64,000 bases of DNA from a virus (IMGVR_UViG_3300020112_000918:69796-133795); one strand, 5' to 3'; counted from the stretch's first letter, positions 18,851 through 29,297 are shown. Notes: a model not told the origin generated them from the letters alone. Translations and numbers: made by a program.

Positions 18851-19600
18851 TTAGTGCATTACAACCAGAGGTTTACGTGCTTTCCATTTATCTTTTAAGA
18901 TGTCCTGATCTATCTGATCAGCTCTTGAGATAAATGCTGAGCCGTCGGCTGTAACTCCTGTATTTGGGTCTGTCTGATTTCGGATTCCTCCGATAAAACG
19001 TAAAGCGTACATCTTTGCTATGTCAATTACGTCAGATTCATGCTCAAAACGAACCTTACTCCAATCTCTTGAGAACTTAGCCCAGTTGATTACTAAGTTT
19101 CCCTGGATGTTCGAGTATCCCCAGAATCTTCGGTTTTCAATGTCAATGTTAAAGTTTCCAGCTTTCGATAAGTTTATGTAACTCTGACTTTCAGCGTATT
19201 CTGAAATTCGTAAAGCTGTTGTCTGATAAGGATCTCTACCATAGGGAGTTCTTCCATAAGAACGAGAAGAACTAAACTTGCGAGTAATTGTTTCATTTAT
19301 AAACGGATTTTTGCCGAGTTTAGTCCCGTTCTGTAACGTAGCCACACGTGCCATAGCAACGTTGAAAACGTCATCATCAGGGAACTCAATGTCTACGTTT
19401 CCTACGATAGGATATTCTTTTTTGAGAATAAGAGGATAGTAGCCCCAGTAAAGTCTAAGTGCTGGGACTAACGCAAGATTAATGAGTCTTTCTTTAGAAA
19501 GACCCAAATCTTCTAATTCAAGGATAGGCACACCCAAGTCGGATGCTACCTGATCCACAATAATGTCTGGAATATTAAATTCGCCTACTGAAAAGTTCAT
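18851..19600 (-). CDS. neck protein (gp13-like)
   Basis: LGVPILELE, ALRLY, C-terminal IGGIR...G.T.DG....A pattern. Confidence 0.6.
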   Translation of the reverse strand: MNFSVGEFNIPDIIVDQVASDLGVPILELEDLGLSKERLINLALVPALRLYWGYYPLILKKEYPIVGNVDIEFPDDDVFNVAMARVATLQNGTKLGKNPFINETITRKFSSSRSYGRTPYGRDPYQTTALRISEYAESQSYINLSKAGNFNIDIENRRFWGYSNIQGNLVINWAKFSRDWSKVRFEHESDVIDIAKMYALRFIGGIRNQTDPNTGVTADGSAFISRADQIDQDILKDKWKARKPLVVMH

Positions 19601-19624
19601 AAAGAAATAGGTAGGCGAACAGGG

Positions 19625-21499
19625 TTATTTTCCAGCAAGAATTTTTCGGCATTCTTCCAGAGACAGAGGAGAGTCCAGATCGGCTGTGTCTTCTGGTTTG
19701 ACTTTTTCCATCCACACTTTGGAGTTAAAGTCAAGACGCTTGTTTAATTCCGTATCTTGTTCTTCTTCAAGGGAACCTACGAAAATAAGAGGATTTACCA
19801 CAACCTTTTCTGTCTGTCCTAAACGGTGAGAACGCTTAAGAGACTGTGCAAAAGTTTCAGCATCCCAAATTCTATCCCAGTAGATCTGACGAGGAGCTTC
19901 AACAATGTTTACTGAAGTTTTCAAGCAAGAATAGTTAGCAATTAGAAGCCAACTATCTTTACTTGCCTTGAAAGATTCTACTACAGCATCGTTACGGGCT
20001 GCTACGGATTCACCTTTGTTGATCACAACTCCTGCGTGCAGCTTAAACGGATGATACTTCTCGAACTCGATAGCCAAAGCGTCAATAATAGCAGGATGTC
20101 CTGACCAGAGAATTGTTTTCTTTCCTTCGGCAACGTTCTTTTCTATTATACTCTTTGCTACATCGAACTTTCCGTTTTCTGTGATTTTCCACTTTTTCAG
20201 GTTTGCTACAAGTTCGGCAGAAGAGTATTCTTCGTCAAGATGTCCTTCTTTGATAACAGTAGGGTCGTGCAAAGCAAGAGCCAAATAACTGTATTTATTC
20301 TGAAGAGCACGCTTGGTAACCTTTCCTTGTTCTTCTTTAATTACAGAAACGACTTTAGTCACAATGTTCTGATAAAGAGTCTGCTGAAGAGGTGGCATCT
20401 TACAGTAAACAGGCTTGATTAAAAGTTCCGGCAATTCTACCCCTGAGCTCTCAACAGTTTCTCTATCTACTAAGTAGCTAACTCCATCCAAGAAATTCTG
20501 AACTTTGTCTTGGTAATAGTAGTTTATTGCTGACTGCGAAAATCTATTACCAATGTTAGCAATCATTCTTAAGAATGTCAAGAATTCTGTCGGAACGCTT
20601 GACTGCTGCAGAAAACGGAACTGTGCCCACAAGTCTTCTGAATACTTTGGAGCTGGAGTCCCTGTTAGTATGTAACGGTATTCAAAAAACTTTTTAGACT
20701 TATCTACGATCTTAAAAGTCTTTCCTGTAGGATTTTTAATTGCTGGACTTTCATCGAGAATTAAAGCAAGGTTTTTTCCGAGCTTGTCCCAAGGAATATA
20801 GTTCTTCATAACTCGGGAAGTTGCTTTCTTTCCCTGAGCTTTTTTATAAAAATCATCGTGAAGCATGATTACATTTCTGTAAGTCATAACGATAACTTTC
20901 TTAGAAGCTGCCTCTTCAGAGAAGGGATTACGGTTTATAGTATCCACAAAGTAAATATCATCCCATGTAAGCCCGAAAGTATTAAACTTCACACATTCAC
21001 GAGCAATGTTCATAATTCCTTCTGGAGGAGAAACAATGACGTATTTGTCTACTTTGCCCCATGCAACTAAATGATTCAAGATTGTCTGGATTTCAAAAGA
21101 TTTTCCCAGTCCCATTTCGTGAAAAAGAGCAAGCCTGTTCTGACTGATACCTTTCTGAACGGCTCTACGCTGATAGTCGCCCCGAAAAGTTCCCTTTACA
21201 AGTTTAGGGTCGATACAGGCTCTAAACTTTTTAAACTCGGCATCTTTTTCCGGAGTTGCAGCTACAACGAATTCTGGAATTACCGTGTGTGGCTCAATTC
21301 TCAAAAATGCTTCAGACAATCCAGGACCTACTAAAGCATCAAACTCCCAAACCTTAAGAAGAGGATTGCCTTCGCTGTCGTAGGCTGAATTATTGAATTT
21401 TCCCCCGAAGTCTTTACATACATGTAAAAGTTGAGTAAAGTTTTCTCCTAATATGGAAACTAAAATCTTGTTTCCTTCGCCTTCATAAAATTTAATCAT
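19625..21499 (-). CDS. SNF2-family helicase
   Basis: EMGLGKS, ILDES, LTGTP, DLWAQFRFL, QSLKRSHRLGQ. Confidence 0.9.
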   Translation of the reverse strand: MIKFYEGEGNKILVSILGENFTQLLHVCKDFGGKFNNSAYDSEGNPLLKVWEFDALVGPGLSEAFLRIEPHTVIPEFVVAATPEKDAEFKKFRACIDPKLVKGTFRGDYQRRAVQKGISQNRLALFHEMGLGKSFEIQTILNHLVAWGKVDKYVIVSPPEGIMNIARECVKFNTFGLTWDDIYFVDTINRNPFSEEAASKKVIVMTYRNVIMLHDDFYKKAQGKKATSRVMKNYIPWDKLGKNLALILDESPAIKNPTGKTFKIVDKSKKFFEYRYILTGTPAPKYSEDLWAQFRFLQQSSVPTEFLTFLRMIANIGNRFSQSAINYYYQDKVQNFLDGVSYLVDRETVESSGVELPELLIKPVYCKMPPLQQTLYQNIVTKVVSVIKEEQGKVTKRALQNKYSYLALALHDPTVIKEGHLDEEYSSAELVANLKKWKITENGKFDVAKSIIEKNVAEGKKTILWSGHPAIIDALAIEFEKYHPFKLHAGVVINKGESVAARNDAVVESFKASKDSWLLIANYSCLKTSVNIVEAPRQIYWDRIWDAETFAQSLKRSHRLGQTEKVVVNPLIFVGSLEEEQDTELNKRLDFNSKVWMEKVKPEDTADLDSPLSLEECRKILAGK

Positions 21500-22462
21500 T
21501 TACGCTCTCGGAAATTTTTCTGCACCGAAGAAGTCTTCTGTCTTGACTTCTTCTACTTTAGGAACAAATCTGGAATCCAGCTTTTCTGCATTGAACTTCA
21601 AAGTTCTATAAAGCATGCCAAGAACCTTTTTGTTGAAGACAGTAACTTCTGTAAATTCACGAGTTTCAGAAACAGTAAGCTCCTGAAAAGAAACAAGCTG
21701 ATAGTTAAGGAGAACACGTCCCTTGTTTTCTTCAAAAGCCTGTTTCCACTTGTCTGACAAATCTAATTCCGCAAGATGGATATAAAGGTTTTCTACAGAC
21801 TGTGCCTGTCGGATAATGCCAAGCACGGTTTCAGTTTTAAGGTTCTTTACGCCTACAGGGATATTGTCGGAGTCATCTCCCTTAATTGCTTTAAACAAGC
21901 AGACAGTATCGTTGGAAGGAACGAATCCGAATTTCTCTTTGTATGTTTCCCGAGTGTAGATAACGTCTTTTTTGGTTGCGTGATCTCGAATCATCCAGTG
22001 AACCTTTTCTGACATAGAACGACTCCAGTCAAGGTCGTTGCTTATCAAAAGAACGTTATAGCCCTTATCTCCAAAAGACTTGAGCACAGGGTAAACAAGG
22101 TCGTCTGCTTCAGAACCTGGACGACGAATAAGCCTGTCTCCATCGTTTAGAACCTGAAGAACAAGATAAAGGTAGTCAAGCCCTCTGTAGAAAACTGGGT
22201 CTTGCTTAGCTCTGTTTGCTTTGTATTCCGGATCAATTTCTTTACGACGCTGATCGCTTGAAGTAGCGTTGTCAAACAGATAGAAGATTCTTCCATTTTC
22301 AGCAAGATAGGTTTCTCTAATTCTCTTAAACATCTTGAGAACAGTGTAGATACCTCCTGTAGACATAAGTTCTCCGTCTACTTCTGCTGTCAAGTTCTGA
22401 GATACAGAAAATGCTCTGTAATACATGTTTGAAACGTCAATTAAGATTCTATCATACTTCAT
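21500..22462 (-). CDS. 5'-3' exonuclease / flap endonuclease (T4 RNase H-like)
   Basis: LIDVSNMYYRAF, RKEIDPEYKANR, EADD, SNDLD, GDDSDNIP. Confidence 0.92.
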   Translation of the reverse strand: MKYDRILIDVSNMYYRAFSVSQNLTAEVDGELMSTGGIYTVLKMFKRIRETYLAENGRIFYLFDNATSSDQRRKEIDPEYKANRAKQDPVFYRGLDYLYLVLQVLNDGDRLIRRPGSEADDLVYPVLKSFGDKGYNVLLISNDLDWSRSMSEKVHWMIRDHATKKDVIYTRETYKEKFGFVPSNDTVCLFKAIKGDDSDNIPVGVKNLKTETVLGIIRQAQSVENLYIHLAELDLSDKWKQAFEENKGRVLLNYQLVSFQELTVSETREFTEVTVFNKKVLGMLYRTLKFNAEKLDSRFVPKVEEVKTEDFFGAEKFPRA

Positions 22463-23027
22463 GGGTTATTTCCTTTATAGTGCTTTTTGCTGTAATGTAT
22501 TCATATCGCTCTGCGGGAGTCATTTCGTTTAAAGTGCTAAGCACCCTCATCAAAGGCTGCTTAAACTGTGCTAAATACGTTTCCCCACTTTCACGCTTGA
22601 TAATCATAGTCATCGAAGGAATAGAAATTCGGGCTATGTAAAGTGTAGATACTTTAAGGTAAGTTGCCCTGTTCTCTATTTCCTCCAGGGATAGTCCCTG
22701 TATTAGATACTGCTTTCTCTCTTCAATAGAAAGCGTTCTGCTTGAGACCGTAGTTTTTTCCAGCGTAGGATAAATCGAAGTCTCGCACAGAACAGCTAAA
22801 TCGTGAATATTGTCTTTTACACTCTTGTCAGACTGTAAAAAGTATTCAACCTCTTTAAAAGTTGTGGGAACCTTAATTAGAACAGAATCTGCTTTAATAA
22901 CAAGGTCTACTTTTACAGGAGCTGAGTCCATAAAGTAATGTCTCAACTTCCTTTGAAAATCAGCGTGATCGAATTCTACATTAAGGTTTCCCAACATTTT
23001 ATTTACTTCCTTCGGAAGCCTGTTCAA
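22452..23027 (-). CDS. hypothetical protein
   Basis: 191-aa ORF overlapping both neighbours in the operon; start may be 22997. Confidence 0.6.
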   Translation of the reverse strand: MNRLPKEVNKMLGNLNVEFDHADFQRKLRHYFMDSAPVKVDLVIKADSVLIKVPTTFKEVEYFLQSDKSVKDNIHDLAVLCETSIYPTLEKTTVSSRTLSIEERKQYLIQGLSLEEIENRATYLKVSTLYIARISIPSMTMIIKRESGETYLAQFKQPLMRVLSTLNEMTPAERYEYITAKSTIKEITHEV

Positions 23028-23217
23028 AGGCTTTCATTTCTTTTCTCATACGAAGTCTTTCTTTTTTAGAAAGTCTTACACGAGGAACAACGTTCCCCGT
23101 TGCTGGATTTATACGAACCATAGTTCCTTTAGAAGTATGTCCGTACTGACGACCGTCCTGAGCAAAGTTTCCAATGCGTCTAGGAACAATCTTGTTTTCT
23201 TTTTTCTTCTCGTTCAT
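22999..23217 (-). CDS. small basic hypothetical protein
   Basis: 72 aa, TAATG-coupled to the clamp gene. Confidence 0.6.
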   Translation of the reverse strand: MNEKKKENKIVPRRIGNFAQDGRQYGHTSKGTMVRINPATGNVVPRVRLSKKERLRMRKEMKAFEQASEGSK

Positions 23218-24290
23218 TAAACTACCTCTGAAAGTTTTGAATAAACAATGTGAAGACTTGGTTTTTCTTCTGTGAAGAAGTTAAGAGCAGCTGATGCAGG
23301 ATCTACCTGGATTGTAACTGTTTCCCCATCAAGTGAAGAAAGAATTGTCTTAATCCAGTCATTGCTTACCCAGATCTTTTCACCGTTGAATACACCTGCT
23401 GAAGCATCTTCAAGAGTAATTTTGCGGGAAATACGCTGTCCGTTGTCTTCTGTTTTAAGTTCAAGTTCATCGTTTGTGATAATCATCTGCATACGAGTAG
23501 CTGCTGCTGATGATACAAAAGGAGCCATAAAGGAAACAATCTGAGAGAAAGCTCCCTTGTTCACTTTTACAAAAGTTGGATGGTTGTATTTTTCAATAAA
23601 GCGTGGATCCATGATCGGTGGGTTCTTAAGCACAGAAGAAGTTGCAAACTGAATTGTAATTTCATCTCCGTTAGCAATAAAGAACTTGTCTGCTGAAGTA
23701 TTGTCGATTGTAAGGTTGTCACCGAGAACTTCAAGAGCCATTGTTTCCCAAACAGGACGTGGGAGGTTAAGGTCTACGCCTACGAGTTCCGGAATCTTTT
23801 CTTCACAGAGACGAGACTTGTTTGTTCCAGCTACAGAACCGTTAATAATGAATACTCCGTTTAACGAAGCATTTCCGTCAGGGTCTGTGTAAAGTCCTGC
23901 ACGTTTGATAGCTGCGATAATTTCTTTAGAGCAGCTGAAAGGCTTTGTAGAGATTGTGTCAAACGAAGGATATTCGAAATCATCGTCAAGGTGAGCAATT
24001 TCGAATTCATTGTTTGAACCACTTTTGAAAGTATAGCCGTCCAGTTCCAAAACAGGGAATTCACTTACAATAGCAAGCAAAGCCGACAAGTTTACCAGGA
24101 AAGGTTTCTGACTTCCGTCATATCCTGTAACTGGCATTTTGATAGTTCCGAAGCCTTTCTGTGAACCGAAGATTGCTCTCTGGTTGGCAAAGTCGAGCTT
24201 GATGGAATCGAAAACAGGCTGATTAGTGTCCTTCAGTCTGTCGCAGATTTTTGTGTACTTTCGGATGAAAGTGCAGTCTACTGTCATCAT
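23217..24290 (-). CDS. dnaN: DNA polymerase III beta-type sliding clamp
   Basis: 357 aa; DFEYPSF, SLNGVFI, VAGTNKSRL beta-clamp motifs. Confidence 0.8.
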   Translation of the reverse strand: MMTVDCTFIRKYTKICDRLKDTNQPVFDSIKLDFANQRAIFGSQKGFGTIKMPVTGYDGSQKPFLVNLSALLAIVSEFPVLELDGYTFKSGSNNEFEIAHLDDDFEYPSFDTISTKPFSCSKEIIAAIKRAGLYTDPDGNASLNGVFIINGSVAGTNKSRLCEEKIPELVGVDLNLPRPVWETMALEVLGDNLTIDNTSADKFFIANGDEITIQFATSSVLKNPPIMDPRFIEKYNHPTFVKVNKGAFSQIVSFMAPFVSSAAATRMQMIITNDELELKTEDNGQRISRKITLEDASAGVFNGEKIWVSNDWIKTILSSLDGETVTIQVDPASAALNFFTEEKPSLHIVYSKLSEVV

Positions 24291-24315
24291 AGTATTTTCT
24301 CCTATAAATTAAGTT

Positions 24316-25431
24316 CTATTTAGTTGGTGCAAAAGTTGGTCTTGTTCTGGGAGCTGGAGTTACTGAAGCTGCAGGCTTTGTAAGGAAGTCTGTTAAGCGA
24401 ACTCTGCAGTAGGAGTCCTTAAAGTAAGCACCCATTTTCAAGTCAATATCTGCATACAGATAATATAATTCCGCAACTTCTTTAGAAAGGCTACGCAAAC
24501 TTTCATACTGGTTCTTTTTCCACTCTGCGCTGCAAAGCCCCGTACGTAAATAAACCAAGCAGTCAGCCAGAAGTTTATTTGACTGGTAGAAAAAGTCTTT
24601 CAAGTCAAAATCCTGAATCATCTTAAAGGCTTCTGGCTTTCTGCCTAGAAGAGTTGTAACTACGTTCAAGAGATTGTCAGAACTGATGTATCCAAATTCC
24701 TGCTGAATCTGTTCTGGAGTCCAGAGCTCTGCTGTAAGACAACGTTCAAGGGTCTGAACTGCCATACGAACTGAGCCTTCACAGTTTTCAGCAACTGTAA
24801 AAATTCCCTTTTCAATAAAGTCATCAGGCACGTCTACATTTTCTTTTTCGATCAAAGAAAAAAGGTAGGCAGCGATGTCTGAAGAGCTAGGAGACTTAAA
24901 CTGATAATACTGACCTCTACCTCTGATAGACTTGTCAAAAACTTCAGGATTCATTGTGCACAAAATGATGCAAACGTCTTCTCTCTTCTTCTCAAGGAGC
25001 TTAAGAGTTGCTCCTTTTGAATGACGGGAAAGCTCCTGTGCCTCATCGATGATAATGACTTTCTTACCACCGAACAAAGAACGTGTTCCTACTACATCTT
25101 CAAGAGCCAGAACATCTTCTTTACCCATTTTAGAAGCATCATAAAAGCATACGTTTCTATTGTATGCTTCCGAGTAAACAGCCTTGTACTCAGGGCTGTC
25201 TGGATTTGGGTCGCAGTAGCCATCCCTTTTAAGAGGGTTTGGATCATTCATCAAAGCCCCTAAAATAAGAGCCATGGTTGTCTTACCTGTTCCAGAATCA
25301 CCACCGAAAATCATAACGGATGGGAATTCCATAGTAAGTGAACGTTTCTTCATCTCTGCAACAATTGTCTTCTGTCCGCACATTTCATCTAATGACTTCG
25401 GACGCAAACTTAAAGCAAAATCTGTTGTCAA
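24316..25431 (-). CDS. dnaX: clamp loader, DNA polymerase III gamma/tau-like
   Basis: LRPKSLDEMCGQ, GDSGTGKTT, IIDEAQEL, LLKLLE-like, EGSVRMA; probable TTG start after GGAGG. Confidence 0.88.
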   Translation of the reverse strand: MTTDFALSLRPKSLDEMCGQKTIVAEMKKRSLTMEFPSVMIFGGDSGTGKTTMALILGALMNDPNPLKRDGYCDPNPDSPEYKAVYSEAYNRNVCFYDASKMGKEDVLALEDVVGTRSLFGGKKVIIIDEAQELSRHSKGATLKLLEKKREDVCIILCTMNPEVFDKSIRGRGQYYQFKSPSSSDIAAYLFSLIEKENVDVPDDFIEKGIFTVAENCEGSVRMAVQTLERCLTAELWTPEQIQQEFGYISSDNLLNVVTTLLGRKPEAFKMIQDFDLKDFFYQSNKLLADCLVYLRTGLCSAEWKKNQYESLRSLSKEVAELYYLYADIDLKMGAYFKDSYCRVRLTDFLTKPAASVTPAPRTRPTFAPTK

Positions 25432-25466
25432 TTTTATCCTCCACAGTTTATAATTCCCTTGAAAAA

Positions 25467-25497
25467 ACAAAAAGCGACTCTTTTAAAGAGTCGCCTT
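25467..25497 (-). terminator. intrinsic terminator
   Basis: GCGACTCTTT/AAAGAGTCGC stem plus T-run. Confidence 0.65.
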
Positions 25498-25521
25498 AAA
25501 TTTCATTTCCAAGCAAATCGC

Positions 25522-26181
25522 TTATTCTTCAATAGTATAAGCAGCTTCAAGCACAGCAGAATTTGTCATGCCTTCTTTAATAGCAATAGCCTTGATAGTT
25601 ACAGCTTCAGAAACAACGATAGCTTCTGTGAACTTTGTTGATTCTGCAGTAGGCTCTGTTCCATCTGATGTGTAGAAGATTTCAGCACCTTCTGTTTCCG
25701 TAGTCAACATTACTTCTGTGTTAGCAGCAATTTCACCCGCAGCAGGAGTAGCTACAGGAGTAGCTACAACCTCTGGCTCCGGAGTAGGTTCGTCACTTGG
25801 AGTCCATTTTGCATAAAGCGTAATGTTTGCTGTAACTTCTGAATTTGCTGTAAATTCCTGAGTGAAGTCACGATCTTTGAACCATCCTTCAAAAGTGAAG
25901 CCATCAGCTGTCATTTCTGGAAGAGTAATTTTAGCATTTGCCAAAACATTTCTTACAGGCTGAGGAACTGTACCATGTTCCATTCTGTCGAACAGAACTG
26001 TAAATCCTCCATGTGGTTTTTCAACAGCACCGGAAACAGTAAGAATCAAAGTACCGTTCTTTACTGCTTGGTCAAAAGAAGGATTTCTCTGGTTCTTAAC
26101 GATAGAGCCTTCTGGTTTAATGAAGACATCTCCAATCCATACTCCTTCTTGTTTAGAAGGATTTGTGTAAGTGAAAGTCAT
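25522..26181 (-). CDS. virion surface-type protein with an InlB B-repeat and an Fn3-associated/chitobiase-C Ig-like domain
   Basis: GFTFEGWFKD...NITLYAKW; TEGAEIFYTSDGTEPT...TIKAIAIKEG. Confidence 0.8.
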   Translation of the reverse strand: MTFTYTNPSKQEGVWIGDVFIKPEGSIVKNQRNPSFDQAVKNGTLILTVSGAVEKPHGGFTVLFDRMEHGTVPQPVRNVLANAKITLPEMTADGFTFEGWFKDRDFTQEFTANSEVTANITLYAKWTPSDEPTPEPEVVATPVATPAAGEIAANTEVMLTTETEGAEIFYTSDGTEPTAESTKFTEAIVVSEAVTIKAIAIKEGMTNSAVLEAAYTIEE

Positions 26182-26207
26182 TTTATACCTCCAATTTATT
26201 TAAATCC

Positions 26208-26738
26208 CTAAAGTTCGTCGGGATTATTTTCATCGACTTGTTTTTCTGCCTCTATGGTCTGTGCAGCTTTCTGAACGCTTGCTTCCTGGATAACACGAAT
26301 TGTGTGCATAGTCTTTTCGATAGCCTGAAGCTCTTCAGAAGAGTAGTTGGCAAAGGCTTTTGCAATGTCATTAGACTCTCCAGCAGGACGAACAATTTCT
26401 GTAAGAGTTGACTGTCCGTTAGCAGTAGGTCGGAACATAGAAATAATCGAATCAGCAGAGTCGTTTGAACCGTTATCCAATCGGGCAAGAACCATCATCA
26501 ACTGATCAAATTCAAGTTCGCCCCCTTGAATCTTAGATTCAAGCTGATTGTATACAAGTTCCTTTACAGCTTCAGAACGTTTAATAGCTGCAATCTTTGT
26601 CTTAAAGAAGCTCAAGACTTCTTTCTTAAGCTCTTCCATAGGGTCTTCATTCTGAATACGAGATACCTGACTCTGGAGAGTAGGATTATCCATCTTCTTC
26701 AGCATCATGCTTGCCTGTGTTTTCATATCCTCATTCAT
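26208..26738 (-). CDS. hypothetical helical protein
   Basis: 176 aa, ATGA-coupled. Confidence 0.6.
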   Translation of the reverse strand: MNEDMKTQASMMLKKMDNPTLQSQVSRIQNEDPMEELKKEVLSFFKTKIAAIKRSEAVKELVYNQLESKIQGGELEFDQLMMVLARLDNGSNDSADSIISMFRPTANGQSTLTEIVRPAGESNDIAKAFANYSSEELQAIEKTMHTIRVIQEASVQKAAQTIEAEKQVDENNPDEL

Positions 26739-27169
26739 TTTTTATCCTCCTGAGGTTTTTCCTGCATAAAGTTTTTAAGTTCCTGTCGCATAGCTGCGTT
26801 CAGAGATTTGATTTTGTAAGAAATTGAAATTGAATTAAAGCTGTAAGGAACAAGGTCGTGAATTTCTTGCCAGTCTTTGTTTTCTATTTCTCTGTAGTAA
26901 AAACAAAGAGCTAAAATAATCGCATCCTTAAGCTCTGTAGAAGTTGGAAAACGAACGGTGCGTCCGTCTAGAAGTGAGATCAGCTTAATAAAGTTATCCA
27001 AGCCCAGCAGTTTGTAGATGTCGTGTAAATCAGTAATCTTCGAATTATGATAGAATACTAATGACAGAATCGAAAACAGAGAGGTCTGTTCCTTGTTTTC
27101 TGTTGGCTTGAAAATATCCCGTAGCTGCTGCTCAAACACTGAACTGCTTTCATCAAAAAGATTTGTCAC
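26735..27169 (-). CDS. hypothetical protein (Mor-like activator pattern)
   Basis: LGLDNFIKLISLLDGRTVRFP resembles the Mor-family N-terminus. Confidence 0.45.
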   Translation of the reverse strand: MTNLFDESSSVFEQQLRDIFKPTENKEQTSLFSILSLVFYHNSKITDLHDIYKLLGLDNFIKLISLLDGRTVRFPTSTELKDAIILALCFYYREIENKDWQEIHDLVPYSFNSISISYKIKSLNAAMRQELKNFMQEKPQEDKK

Positions 27170-27181
27170 AATATCCCCTTT

Positions 27182-28087
27182 TTACTGCACTAAGTTCTTA
27201 AGATAACTATAAACCACAAGTTCTCCCTTTTCAACGAACTTCTTAGTCTGCGCCCCCGCAACACTATAGAAGTCGATCAAGGCTTTTTCGTCTTTAGACT
27301 TAAACTTCAGGTTCATACCTAATAAAAATAGGAGTGGCTCTTCTGGGCGAAGAGTGTTAGACCAGATAGCGTCGGATGACTTGGCTACAAGGTCTGTGAG
27401 CTTTTCTGGCAAATCTTCTTGTTCATCAAGATTGAGTTCGTTAGTGTTGTTAAATCGAATCTCTCCGGAACTTTCAGAACTTTTAGAAGCTACGTCTACC
27501 CCTCCTGTCTGAGACTCAACAACAATTGTATCCCCGAACTCTCGTTCTCCATCACCTAAAATTGCATTAAGTGAATAAGTTTGATCGTGGTCTTTTGACC
27601 CGTAAGTAACAGATTTACACAAGCGTTTAAGATACTCCCCGAAAGACCATTTCATCGAGTGATTAGAATCTTTCAAAATTACTTCTATCAGCATAGTAGC
27701 TGCGTCGTTGGCTTTTTCATCTAGATCATCTGAGTCTAGAGTAGTATTTCCCTTGATAAGTCCCTGAATAAGATTCTTAGCGTAGTCAAGAATAAGAGGA
27801 AACATTTTCTCGCCTAAACGAGAAGTATCTGGCCATTCCTTCACAAACTGATCTTGCTCTACAAATAAAAAATGTTCCAAAGCTGGTTTCTGCCAATGAG
27901 TATTTCCACAGTGAGGACACGTTTTCGGAGCCTGACCCCATCCCCACTCAACAGGTTTTCGACAGCAAGCAGTTTTTTCTATGTAGTACATCTTTCCTGC
28001 GGGAGTGTCTTTTTTCTGAGTAAGAGTGCTGGCAACAAATGCCTGTTTGTCTTCTTTGGGCAACGCTAAAAATTCGTGACCTGTCAT
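27182..28087 (-). CDS. putative phage sigma-factor-like protein with an N-terminal Zn ribbon
   Basis: CC...CPHCG; DDLDEKANDA..., SFGEYL (region 2-like), YSLNAIL...FGDTI (region 3-like). Confidence 0.5.
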   Translation of the reverse strand: MTGHEFLALPKEDKQAFVASTLTQKKDTPAGKMYYIEKTACCRKPVEWGWGQAPKTCPHCGNTHWQKPALEHFLFVEQDQFVKEWPDTSRLGEKMFPLILDYAKNLIQGLIKGNTTLDSDDLDEKANDAATMLIEVILKDSNHSMKWSFGEYLKRLCKSVTYGSKDHDQTYSLNAILGDGEREFGDTIVVESQTGGVDVASKSSESSGEIRFNNTNELNLDEQEDLPEKLTDLVAKSSDAIWSNTLRPEEPLLFLLGMNLKFKSKDEKALIDFYSVAGAQTKKFVEKGELVVYSYLKNLVQ

Positions 28088-28572
28088 ACTTTCTCCTCTG
28101 GCAAAAAGTCTATTCGCTTTTCTAAGAGGAGCTCAGGAGTAAAAGGCTGTTTCCATCGGGTGTCAATTGTGTACCCGTTGTCTCTGTACCACTGAAGTTC
28201 CTTTCCAAGAATAGACTTTCTCGTACTTTTTAGATTAAATAGAAAAAGTGGGTCAAAGACAAAAAAGTAGTAATCCTTTCTAGGAATCCAAAATCCCAGA
28301 AGGACAGCAGTGTTGGCACCAAGCTCTTTAAGTTGCAGAAGATTTTCATACTGATGGTCTTCTACTCGGCTTAAAGAAAAGGCTTGAAGTTTGTGCTTAT
28401 CTAGTTTAGATTCAAAATAGAAATTGCCAAATTCCTTGAAGTAAGCAAGTCCATCAAAGGGACGTTTACTACTAGAAACGGCTGCTTCCTGAGAAGGATC
28501 TGGAATTTTATAAGCCCACCCTGCAGTTTTGAACAAAGCCACTAAATCATGATTTAACTCTTTTTCTAGCAT
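28084..28572 (-). CDS. RecU-like Holliday junction resolvase
   Basis: AYKIPD, RPFD, FESK, VEDHQYENL PD-(D/E)XK motifs; ATG start MLEKELN. Confidence 0.75.
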   Translation of the reverse strand: MLEKELNHDLVALFKTAGWAYKIPDPSQEAAVSSSKRPFDGLAYFKEFGNFYFESKLDKHKLQAFSLSRVEDHQYENLLQLKELGANTAVLLGFWIPRKDYYFFVFDPLFLFNLKSTRKSILGKELQWYRDNGYTIDTRWKQPFTPELLLEKRIDFLPEEKV

Positions 28573-28699
28573 GAAGTACCTCTTTAAAATAAAAAGGGGC
28601 AACCTCCTAAAAATTAAAATTCCGCAACTTCTCTAGGAAGCTACGGAATCTTAAAAAGAGTTACTATAATGGCTTAAATAAATAGGTTTAATTTCTTAA

Positions 28700-29238
28700 T
28701 TAAATAGCCTTGATGCTGATTGACATAGAGTCAAAGATCGGAAGTGGCTGCTCAGAGTCATCAGATCTTTCGTCATCAGCATGTTTCATTTTAAGCAGGA
28801 TAGCAAGAAAATCGGTTTCCCCTCTTAGAGTGCGAACATGAGAGTAGGTAAAGTCTACTACATCTGTTGCTTCTGAGTAGAGTGCCCAGTCTCCTGGGTA
28901 TTTTGGTGTCTGGTTTGCGTAAGCAAATATCCAGTCTTTCTTGAAAGCGATGTTAACAGTTTCTTTTCCTACTGTGAATGAAATTACGGGGCAAGGTTCT
29001 CCCCCACGAACGGAAGCTACTCCCAAAGTAGCCTTAACATTGTTAAAGCTAAATGGAGTATTTTAATGCAGTTCATTCCTTCATCGTCCCAGAGCATAAA
29101 ACAGCCCTTTCCGGAAACGAGAATTTCGTATCTTTTTGAAGGAAGACTTAAAATCTTCTTGATGTCATCAAGACATCCTGAGTTAATAAGGTTAACAGCT
29201 TCTTTTAGACTGTTTTTAGATTCTCTGATGGTGATCAT
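28700..29238 (-). pseudogene. probably one gene broken by a -1 frameshift near 29062
   Basis: MITIRES...MNCIK would continue as NTPFSFNNVKATLGVASVR... if the A4 run were A5. Confidence 0.5.
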
Positions 29239-29297
29239 TTAATTCTCCTAAGTATTTTTGCCAGGGATAATTCCCTGGCTTTTTATAAATAGGAGTC

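Noticed and set aside
20740-20760. Inactive SNF2 helicase because of DESP instead of DExH
   Set aside because: A single substitution with the other motifs intact is not enough to call inactivity.
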